Below the pieces are notes generated by a model. The model ran no database searches. It was given only the letters and a program-made list of their open reading frames with translations, and had not been told where the DNA came from. Position numbers and translations under genes: made by a program. From assembly GCF_052425735.1 (NCBI RefSeq), contig NC_135765.1, positions 3,038,001 to 3,102,000 on the forward strand: a stretch of 64,000 nt of DNA. Reading direction: 5' to 3'. Positions 12,097 to 22,465 of this stretch are shown piece by piece (position 1 is the stretch's first letter; each line of letters opens with the position of its first letter). Source of the stretch: Oculina patagonica (Eukaryota).

Positions 12097-13548
12097 TTAA
12101 TGAATAAAAACTGGAAGCCAGAGGATCAGTGTCATGCTCATTCCCAGCATCACTCGGTTGCTTCTCAGTGTGGTGCCGTGTGAAGGTCCAGGGTTAGGAT
12201 TGCTGCATTGGTCTCCGGCACAGTTGCAATAGTCTTCACCGCAGCAGTCTGTCGAGTCAACTTGCAACCACCCACCCGACGGAGGGCATTTGGGCGAATC
12301 TGCTTTTGAGGTTTCACAGTATTCAGTATTTGGGGCGCTACACCTCTTGTAGTAGGTAGTTATCATGACATTGCCTGAAGTGCAGTTCTTCATTCCCGTG
12401 AGACAGTTGAATGACCCCGATGGACATGTAATTTTTGTCGCATTTGAGTTGCAGTCATCCCAGGAATCTTCGCTTGTACATTTGTAACAGCTCAGGGAAT
12501 CTAGAGAAAACGACAAAATCAATATCAAACCCTGAATCAACGAAAGCGTGCAGGCAAAATTTTAGATTTAAAAATCTACTCAGTTGATAAATTAGTCTGT
12601 TCCGGCTCGGAGATTGAGCTTGGAAAAAATTTTTCGACAGGAAGAGAAACTTCGATTTACGCCATGCCTCGCTCGCTATATATAGGGTTCATTGTAGGTC
12701 GTCTAATCGGAGTCGAATGCGCAAAGCTCTCGCACACTCATCGACTCTCGCCGCGCATTACACTCTTTTATTTCTATATTTCTAGAAGAATATATTTTAT
12801 AAGAATAGAGAGGCTGAAATTTGAAGAAGATTTTAAGAATAAACCCGAGGCTGAGATTTTGAAAAGAACATAATTTTGTGTAAATGTGTAAATACAATAC
12901 AATTATATGTTTTCAACTAAACCGTTAAAATTCTTCTTTTCTCTTAATGACAAAACTAGCTAAATAGCAACGAAAGCAGTACTAGCCGTACGCTTGATGC
13001 TAACAACGTTTCTTCAAGAAGTTATATGTACACTTGTTATTGATACCCCAATACATTCTAAAACGGAAATACGTTATAATCTAAGAATATTCAAAAGAAT
13101 ATTTCAGCCTAAAATCGGCAGAAAAAATAAGAATATTCAGCCTGAGCCGAAAAAATAATATTCTTATAGAAAAAAGAGTGTACGCAATTTTGTCAACTTT
13201 GTACTCTTGGCATCCTGATACAACTCTTGTCAACTCTTGTTATCTGTCTTGTTCAACTTTTGTTAACTCTGTTCAACTCTTTCCTCAGGCATTTTCAATC
13301 TCGTTTGGCCTGAGCTTTTTAAAGGGAGTGAATTCATGTCGAGCTACAAGATATGATGAGAGCGAGCAAACGTCGGGTAAGGAAGGGTGTCAACACGAAC
13401 GATTCCCTCGAGATGGTGTCTTTCGTTTCAATCTAGGACCTCTCATAAAGAAACGATTGACATCCCAACACTCGCAATCCTACATACCTACTCGAGGAAT
13501 GAAGAGGACCACAGTGATCAAGAGAAAATGGAAATAACTGACAGCCAT
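12097..13548 (-). CDS. Ly6/uPAR (three-finger) GPI-anchored protein, copy 4
   Basis: Exon 1 13548-13488 (MAVSYFHFLLITVVLFIPRV, GTATGT donor); exon 2 12500-12097 (DSLSCYKC...CCGEDYCNCAGDQCSN... hydrophobic tail); 14 Cys. Confidence 0.9.
12761..13180. mobile_element. TA-flanked MITE in the copy 4 intron
   Basis: TA|CACTCTTTT ... AAAAGAGTG|TA; absent from the homologous position in the copy 3 intron. Confidence 0.7.
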
Positions 13549-13660
13549 TTGCACTGAGCTCTTCACTGCTTGAACGTTTCACAAAAGATAAAAGCGTGCA
13601 CGAAGACAGTCCTTAAAAGTTCATTCGAAATATCAGGCAACCGGATTCATTAACACCTCC

Positions 13661-13670
13661 CCATATTAGG
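13661..13670. promoter_or_regulatory. CArG box upstream of copy 4
   Basis: CCATATTAGG, 113 bp from ATG. Confidence 0.6.
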
Positions 13671-14005
13671 TATGTATATAAGTGACCTCTCGAAAAGTGC
13701 AAGGACCACTTGAACAAACACCCGGGGGGGGGGGGGGCGGGAACAAACAGCAGCGAAGTGAAGACGGATCTTGGCGTAGAAAATCGTATTCCAATCATAT
13801 TACATCTTTTTTATAAGCATCTTTTCAAATCTCGTTGCCGTTTATTTCCATTTTTACTTACCTTTTTTTTTGCAGTCCCTGAAGAAGGTTAGTTTTATCT
13901 ATTCGAAATATTGGGCAATAAAATTAGCCCTTTTAGCTGTCCGATCAGCCTTGCATTTGGTTTAATGTATATGAGTGGGTGGATATGCGATACCAATCTG
14001 ACAGG

Positions 14006-14659
14006 TACAGAGCCCAGTTAGGGCCACTTATTTTCCCTCGTCAACTTTCCCTTTCACGACTTTTATTTTTTATGAAACGACTTCTGAATTGCTTTAGCAC
14101 AACTCTATTTTCTTGTGGCACGACATCACGACTTCAACTTTTTTTTAGCAAGATTTCAACTTTTTGGCATGACTTTTAGTTTTTGGCACGTCTTCAACTT
14201 TTTGACACGATTTCAATTTTTTTTTTGGTACGACTTCAACTTTTATGCACGACTCATTATTTCTCGGCTCATTTTGTGAGCCGCTGGGAACTTTCACTCC
14301 CGAAGGCAGCCAAAATGGCGGCTACAATGCTCGCACAGTTACGGATGTTACATTTTTTTTTGCAATTCTTACATTGAACAGCGGTCATGCAGAACGTGAC
14401 GAACTAAGCGAACGTCACTTCACACAAAAGACTTCACTTTGTATCACTTGCTTGTCAATATCAATAATAATTGTTACATTGTTGCTGATTATTAATTTTT
14501 TCTTTGAAAAACGGCAATCATGCCAAAAGAGTTGAAGTCGTGCCATAAAACGAAAAGTCGTGCCAAAAAAAAAAGAGTTTAGAACTCGTTTTATAGAAAA
14601 ATAAGTCGTGAAAGGGAAATTTGACGAGGAAGAATGGATGGCCCTAACTGGGCCCCGTA
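14006..14659. mobile_element. TIR element with GCACGACTTCAACTTTT subterminal repeats
   Basis: TACAGAGCCCAGTTAGGGCC / GGCCCTAACTGGGCCCCGTA termini; interrupts the block otherwise colinear with 11250-11770. Confidence 0.75.
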
Positions 14660-16784
14660 GATAGGGGCTGGCACGTTATGCCTGCATCATTTGAGGCATA
14701 ATACTATAGTTGGCAGTCAGATTTTGCAGCAAAAATAAATATCAAATGGAAATAATAAAAATATCGTACAAAATTGATGGCTCGGTGCGGTTAACATGTT
14801 TTATTTCTCTTGACTTTGTTGTTTTGTGGATAAAATTTGTGAAATTTCGATACTGCAATTGGCTGCTGCTGTTGTTGTAACTACAACACTGTAGGCTCGA
14901 TTTCAATGCGTTTTCTTTTATTTCCTGTGTATTTGGGAAGACGGAAAGTGGCCATTTTACTGATGGGACAGCAATTTTCCGGCATAATTCGGAGCATACT
15001 TCAGTGCTGCCGAGCATAATTTGGAGCGTAAGTACTCCTTTTTCGAGGGTGACGCTAAGGAGACTCAATTTCAACAATGTGTCAATTCCTAATACCAATA
15101 TCAGTTAACAAGAGCAACGATGTATTAAAATACATGTGCCTAAGTACTTTTTCAATAAAAATTCGAAGGGATCAGTCTTTCTCTTTTGCGCAGTCTTCTC
15201 TAACCATACAACAAATTGATTTTCGCGGGTTAGAAAGGATTAAATACTCTCGCCTTTTCGAGAATTGCAAGGCCTTAATTCCACTGCTGATTTACCTGTT
15301 TAATGTTTTCAACCGTTGGTGAGCGACAATACTCCTACTTGTGAGCGCAAAACAGTCAACACTTTGCTCGTCTCGCTGCAAAACGATTTCTCGCGGATTC
15401 CGGACCGGCATGTCCTGATATAAAAAAGTTGACGCTTGACAAGAAATGTATTTCCTTTTCACTGGCTCCGCTTAGGTTGCATTTATTATTCAGATATTTC
15501 TTCACCATTTTCGTTGTAGCTTATATTTAGCTTATTCCAGTGCTGAAACTGTAACTTCAGTTCTGACTCAGTATTCGCTTTTATCTCTGTATTAAATTGA
15601 TGTAATAAACTCGATCTCTGTTGTTTGCGTCTTTACTTATGATAGAAATGTCAGTTTCTATTCGGCTGAGCGAAGCGAAAGAGAATTGAACGCATAGCAG
15701 AATATGAGACTAGCTAGCAAGGTGTTTGATGTAACGCTGTCTCGAGTATTTGATATCATCTCCTCAATCGAAACAAAAGTTTTTTTTCCAGGGGTTTTAG
15801 GGAACAAGGAAACATGGTCATAAAACAATTGGGAACAAGGGAACAAAAGCTGTGTTTCCGATATTTTAGGGAACAAGGATGTCAAAATCGACAAAATACT
15901 TTTAGGGAACAAGGAAACACAAGGGAAATTTTTTGGGGGAACAAGGGAACGTGCTCCCCCCCCCTTCCCCCGAGAGGGGCTTTATCCTATCTTGACCACG
16001 GTTGTGATTCCCTTTTCTTGGTCTTTCTTAAACTCAATGAATTATTATTGAGTCAATCAATCAATCAATCAGTCAGTCAGTCAGTTTCATTGCTTTCCCC
16101 TCTATAACGCAATTGAAAGTAAGCTATTTTTTTCTTCAAAACTCACTCGTATTGTCAGGTTTAAAAGTGATTTATATCATGAAAAAGTAATTTAGCCTTC
16201 GTTAAAATGGAGAACTACGCACACTCTTTACTGTAGGGGTATTGGGTACGCACTTTTTTGGCATAATTTTGAAAAATGAGCATAATTTCAGCGTTTTTGA
16301 ATGATCACGAACACCACTAGGAGCAGAAAATACCAGTTTTTCTAGCACGATCGGGAAGAGCCTAAAACTGGGCAAGCTTGCAAGAAACTCTTGCAAAAGG
16401 CGCATTCCATTTTCGTTATTGTACGGACGAGACTTGAAAATGCTGAGCAGTCGATAGCTTTACGTGTGTAAGGTGATTGCTGAAGCTAGTTGTGAGTGAA
16501 ATTGTAGGTTCCTGCGGTTCTTTGGAGGTAAGAAATACAAGTTTACGTCTTTTGAGGCCGAGAATCGTGGGCCCATACTGTGCTCTCAATCTCGTTGGCC
16601 CGAGCTTTAGGGAGCGAACTCAGTCAATCTACGAGGCCAACTTAGCTGAACTTGGGAGCTTACGCGAAAGGTAGGGCGTGAACGCGGACGGTTCCTTCGA
16701 GACAGTACGCCCATCAATTCTAATAATTATTAGGACCTAAAATACAACGACGATAAACCTCCCAACACTTGTACCCCTGCTTAC

Positions 16785-16845
16785 CTCCTCTAGGAATGAA
16801 GATAAACACGGTGATCAAGGAAAAACAGAAATAACTGACAGCCAT
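16785..16845 (-). CDS. Orphan Ly6-array signal-peptide exon (copy 5); no cognate exon 2 seen
   Basis: Intact 61-nt exon MAVSYFCFSLITVFIFIPRG+G with GTAAGC donor, CArG box and conserved intron start; no LSCY..CCxxDxCN exon between 13548 and 16785. Confidence 0.6.
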
Positions 16846-16952
16846 TTTTACTGCTTGCGCTGAACTCTTCACAAGGACAAAATCGCACTTGACGAAACGT
16901 GGACTATCAGAGTGGAATGTAAGGTCACGTGATCAGATTGCTAACACGGTCT

Positions 16953-16962
16953 CCATATTAGG
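16953..16962. promoter_or_regulatory. CArG box upstream of orphan exon (copy 5)
   Basis: CCATATTAGG, 108 bp from ATG; GTCACGTGA E-box at 16924-16932. Confidence 0.6.
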
Positions 16963-18635
16963 TAAGGGCGGGTGAATAGCGATATAGCCTTCGAACTTTG
17001 ACGGATTTCCGGTTGTTGTTTCATTTTTTTGCGGTGCGAAACAACAACTGAAAATCTGTCTGTGTTCGCTGGCTAAATGAACGGCGGAGAAATCTATGCA
17101 CTAACCGCGAGCCAGAGCGGGAGAAGGCTGGGCAGCCTTCTCTCGCCTTGACAAATTCACGGAATTTGATTTAAGGTGGCTAGTAATAGTTTAAATATTC
17201 TCGTCTTTGGCATTCTCTTGCTGCTACACATGTAATGTCGAGGTTTAACTTTCAGAACATCCTTGTATAGCTTTTACTAATAAACAACCTGGAGTCACTC
17301 TGACGTCAAAATTCGTTGCCACGGCAACTACAAAAGTGGTCAAAGATACCTTATTTTTGACTGTTTAAGGCTAATTACTCTAAAACTAGACGGTAAAAGT
17401 TTTTGTTTTTCATATATTTTTGTCTAAAGGACAAAAGAAACGATCTGACAATTTTTTAAAAAATTCTGTCAGAAATGTTCAGAGCCACCTTAAATTTAAG
17501 CAAAAAGAACGTAGCTCCGAATCCATTTGATAAATTTCTTTAAAAAATTGCAAAAATGTTTATTTTGGGGTTAGCCTCGAAAGGTCCAAAATAGTGTATC
17601 TTTAACCTCATATGACGTTGCCATGGAAACAGATTTCGACCTCACCATGACCTCAAATTGTTCATCGGTAAATCTTAAAGATTTTCCTTAACGTTATTGG
17701 TATAGCTGTGATGGAATACCAAAGACAGGTTAAACCTTTTGAAAATACAGCGTGCGTTCATGCCTCGGGGTATGCATGATGCTTTGCGGCCTCTTGGCTT
17801 AAATTCTTGGGTTTTGCCTCGATTACTGTCATCTTTGCCGGCGTTCCGGTGGAGGAAGATTTTGTCGCCCCACCCTCCTTCCCTAGTGCCGGTTGACGGT
17901 GCTACCCTTGTTGCCCGCTGTATTAACTAGATGCCACAGTAGTCGTGGACTCCTCCAACAACTTAGACTACCGTGATGTGGTAATGGGGTATGCAGTGAG
18001 GATAAATTACAATTTCCGCTTGAGTTTAGGAGAAAGAAAGAGGAAATTAAACTTCTGGTAGAAAGGTAGGCAAATGTTAAATAAACACAATACAAATGCT
18101 AATTTGTGACAGAGAATAAATCAAGGCTCGTTCGGATTCATTCTCGTCCCCAAAGCCGCTTTTCCCTTTCAGGTGACTGAGCCTTGGGCACACATGTTTC
18201 GCCGAATTACCTAGATTTTTAACAAAGAGAATTTAAAACTAGTCAATCCAATCAACCGTAGTAAAATCCCTTACAACAAAGGGATTTTAAAGCGGTCGAT
18301 TCAATTTGTCAAATTAAAATTTCCTCTGTTGAAGATCTAGCCATTCAAATCATGTGTCCCCAGAGCCACTTGTTCCTCGCCCCATAAACGTGCCAAAAAA
18401 GTTAGTTAACGACCAAACGTTTCGGGCTTCGCCTTTAATCAGTCAATGAAAATCTAGCCTGTCGAACAGGCACTAACGTATCTTGTACATATCTTCACGA
18501 TCCTTTCTTGGTTTTCCTAGCTAACCTAAGTTCAAGTTAAAAGAACATAAAAATTGATTATTTGAAGTTTCATTGTTATTTGATCAGTGACTAAAAGCAT
18601 TTCAGCCCAGTCATCCAGCAGGAGTCCAGCAAGAC

Positions 18636-20100
18636 TCAATATAGAAAAGCTAGGAGCCAGAGGATCAGTGTCATGCTCATTCCCAGCATCACTCGGTTAC
18701 TCCTCAGTGTGGTGCCGTGTGATGGTCCAGGGTTAGGATTGCTGCATTGGTCTCCAGCACAGTTGCAATAGTCTCCAGAGCAGCAGTCTTCTGAGTCAAA
18801 ATCCCACCACGCACCCGTCGGAGGGCATTTGGGCGAATCTTGTTTTGAGGTTTCACAGTCTTCAGTATTTGGAGCGCTACACCTCTTGTAGAAGGTAGTT
18901 ATCATGGTATTGCCTGAAGTGCAGTTCTTCATACCAGTAAGACAGGTGTATGTTCCTGATGGACATGTAATTTTTGTCGCATTTGAGTTGCAGTCATCCC
19001 AGGATTTTTCGCTTGTGCAATAGTAACAGCTCAGGGAATCTATATAAGAAACGACGAAATCAATGTTATATACCTTGATGAATTTAAGGAGGCTCACAAC
19101 GGTTTCCAGCACTTTCCAGCTCTTATACTTAGATGAGTCAGTACTACAAATCTTTAACAGTTGCTGCTACAATAATGATATCGAACAAATTTTCAATCAT
19201 GACTGAACAAGTTGTGGCATTTTCATGACATCACTGGTTGCCGTAACAACAGTATAACCTGTTAAACACACCCTTAATTTTCTCTTTAAGCGCTTAGAAC
19301 CCAAAAACGGGCCCGGTGACCCCATTTTTTATTATCGAGAAATGATCAACATGTTAACATACAACTTTTCACAAAATTAAAAAAAATTTCTCCAGAGCAG
19401 TTTCAGAACCACCTTAAATTTTCGGAAATTTAAGGTGGCCTTGAAACCGTTGTAAGCCTCCTTGTAAATCTGACAAGAAACTGTCAAAGGAGAGTAGGAA
19501 CTACTCAGTTCACAAGCTAGCCTGTTTCTGGCTCGCAGATTTGGCTGTGAAAGTTTGAAAAAAAAAAGAATTTCAGAATTTGATGGGTAGAAAGTTAGAT
19601 TTATATACGCTCCGCTTCGAGTCCGAGTTCGCTCCCCAAGCTCAATCGCTTTGTAGATCGTCCGTCTTTTTGAAGAGTTATTCTGCAGCTCACGCTCTTC
19701 GCTCTTGCTCATGCTCGCGTCGGCTTTTGTCATCTTCCGGTTCTCACTCCGAGCATTGCGTGACTTCTGACAACTCTCTTGTACCCTTGGCTGACCTTGA
19801 ATGATAGTCGATAAGAGTTCGACTCTTATGAATTCTAATGTACTATCAAAACCGTTTGGCCCGGGCTGTAAATAGGGAGCAAACTTTGTCAACCATGGCC
19901 AGCAGGCGAACACGGTTGATCTTAGGTAGCGAACACGAAAGTAAGGATGCGAACACGGACGACTACCTAGAGATGGAACGCCCCCACAATTCGGTCTAGG
20001 ACGATCGACTTGTCTTAGTGAGACTCGTCCCCTTCTTACCTCCTCGAGGAATGAAGAGAACCACGATGATCAACACAACATGGAAATAACTGACAGCCAT
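18636..20100 (-). CDS. Ly6/uPAR (three-finger) GPI-anchored protein, copy 6
   Basis: Exon 1 20100-20040 (MAVSYFHVVLIIVVLFIPRG, GTAAGA donor); exon 2 19039-18636 (DSLSCYYC...CCSGDYCNCAGDQCSN...MLGMSMTLILWLLAFLY); 14 Cys. Confidence 0.9.
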
Positions 20101-20209
20101 TTTCACTGCTTCAACTCTGCAGAGACAAAGACACAAGCGCGCTAGACGAATGTATAACGTCTGAGGTCGAGAAAGAGTTGGAGGATCACGCGACTAGATT
20201 TATACCTCC

Positions 20210-20219
20210 CCATATAAGG
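20210..20219. promoter_or_regulatory. CArG box upstream of copy 6
   Basis: CCATATAAGG, 110 bp from ATG; TATAAAT on the minus strand just downstream. Confidence 0.6.
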
Positions 20220-21411
20220 TAAGGGTGAGTGGATGCTGATACCAGATATCGGTTGACCTGACATTCAGTCAAAAGTAACCGAGACTTTGAAGGTCTATAA
20301 AAAAAGATGTGTTTATTTGTTTGTTTTTTCGAACGATGTTAATGTTAAGAAGGATTTTAAGATTGTTAAGGTCATTGCCCTGTATTGCATTGCGCAACCT
20401 TACTGCGCAGAATTTTACGCGTAATTAGCGCGCACACATAAACAAAATGGCGGCTTTTTTTCTATGTGGCTTAGTCCTTGTCCGAGAGAGAAGTAAATTG
20501 TCGCTTTCTCGTAAACGAGTCTGGTGACCTATCAATTTTTTCTCATATTTTGGGTGTAGCGATCAAATTCGTTCTGTAAAATGAAAACAGATCAATTCTT
20601 GTTGTATCGGTCTCTGCTTTTCAATTTTACTTTGCCAGTACTCGCAGAAGAATTTTAAAGGAATTATATGGAATATACAAGGTCTTCCCGCTCCTAAACG
20701 AATCTGGTGACCCCCCTTTCTTATTTCAAAATTTAAGTTCCCTTAAAGTAATAAACCAGTAGGTGAAGTTTGGTTAAAAATCTATGTTCAGTTCTATTTC
20801 AGGGTTGTCAAGTCTATTTTTGGCGATTTTACTAAACTAAACAACCTGGCCGTAGAATTTTCGGGGATCATTATTTTCGAAACACACACTGTAACCGTGG
20901 TCCCAACTTCACAACTGTACTCGCGAAAAAATTGAGTCACGGGCTAACTCACAAAGCGGCGTAAAACGTCGAGGAAAACGCTTCTGGTATCAGGTTAGGC
21001 AAATACGCCAAAAACTGCGTAAATCCATGCCGTGCTCATACTGCTTCGCGCACACGCTCAAATCCCCTCGCCAAGCAGCCGGGCTCCTCAGGTTTCCAAA
21101 AGAAAGTTTACACTCTAAAGTTTTCGATTTATAGCAAAATTTATTGTGCTAAGATTCTAGCTAGTGTTTTGGGGCCCAGTTGTTAATTTAGCTTAATTTG
21201 AAATACAAAAATTATCGTATTGGCTGAGAAACTAATGTCACATAACAATAGTTTTTTAAAAGACGGAATCCACTAGGAAGTCGAGTAAAACTTATTAAAG
21301 TTGGACAAAAATCAAGTACCAGAATAATTTAAATCCTATTGCGTTATTTCCTACCCTTAATCAAAGGTAAAGATGTAAGTAATTATTCGTGATAACACCA
21401 ACAACAATTTT

Positions 21412-21820
21412 TTATCAGAGTCTGAGAAAATGAATTTCAAAGTTCACCTCACGTGTAGCCATTTTGTAAATTCGTCTTTAAGCGATTCAGTGGAATTCAG
21501 CGGAACTTCGAAATTTGTTTTCGATGTTTGGTGTTGTTAGAAAAGATTTCTTTTGATAAGATATTTGAAGCAGTAACAAAAAAGTTTGCAATAAGGTGGA
21601 AATAATTTTGGTAAGACAATTTCTTATCAGAGTCTGAGAAAATGATATTCAAAGTTCACAAGCTATGGGCAAAAGCTCACATCTTTTAAGAGATACGTGG
21701 GAATTCAGTGGAACTTCGAAATTTGTTTTCGATGTTTGGTGTTGTTAGAAAAGATTTCTTTCGATAAGATATTTGAAGCAGTAACACAAAAGCTTGCAAT
21801 CAGGTGTAAATAGTTTTGGT
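21412..21820. repeat. Two-copy ~210-bp tandem duplication between the Ly6 array and UFC1
   Basis: TTATCAGAGTCTGAGAAAATGA... and GGAACTTCGAAATTTGTTTTCGATGTTTGGTGTTGTTAGAAAAGATTTC each occur twice. Confidence 0.85.
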
Positions 21821-22465
21821 ACATAATTTTGTCCAATAACTACTCGAAGTCCTGGATTTCCTCTTAATATGGATTCAGGCAAGCCTGACCAATAAGCCTG
21901 GGAAAATATTACGCAAAGTTGAGAAGTTCCGCTCAATTTCTCGCAGTTCCCGCCCGAATAAAATCAGCACTGCCGCCCCCCTATCGGTTCCCGTCACCTT
22001 GGAAAAACCACTTTCCTCTTTCTTTTCTCCCTTGTCCGTACCCATCCAGACTCCATTCTTCCAACAAAACATGCAAGACATTGAGCTTGCGCCTAAACTA
22101 GAGACCTCTAGAAAAAGAAATTAACACTCAGCTTAACTTTTAACGAACTCAGATTTAAGAAAACAAACAACATCTATCGACGTATTTTATCCTTGGTTGA
22201 ATAGTACAAATTTTATTCTTTTGCTTTTAGGTATGGAGATGTGTGATTATGAGTTTAAAACAAAGGGGAGAAAGCTGAATCAAAGATAAAATGAACCACA
22301 ACACATGTTTGTACCGGCGAACATTAACGAAAACATTACAGTTTTTGAAGATTTCTACAAATCAGAAAGAGGGTGAAACAAGGTACGGAATCCCCGGCCG
22401 GGAACTGGGTACTATTTCATTCTGTGCCAGTTTACATGAAGGACAATATTCAGATCAGATCAAAG

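Noticed and set aside
17740-18060. Higher-GC segment that might be a decayed exon
   Set aside because: Stops in the frames I read and no recognisable motif; cannot support a call.
2745-19112. Single-exon Ly6 ORFs as given in the ORF track (starts at 3128, 9763, 12540, 19112)
   Set aside because: Those starts lie in the intron or mid-domain; conserved AG acceptors and separate signal exons give better models.
2745-20100. Calling the array secreted three-finger venom toxins
   Set aside because: All intact copies end in a GPI-signal-like hydrophobic tail; fold similarity alone does not indicate toxicity.
22373-22465. N-terminal extension of UFC1
   Set aside because: Starting at 22466 gives the usual MxDExT N-terminus and puts the catalytic Cys at 116; the upstream in-frame sequence has no support.
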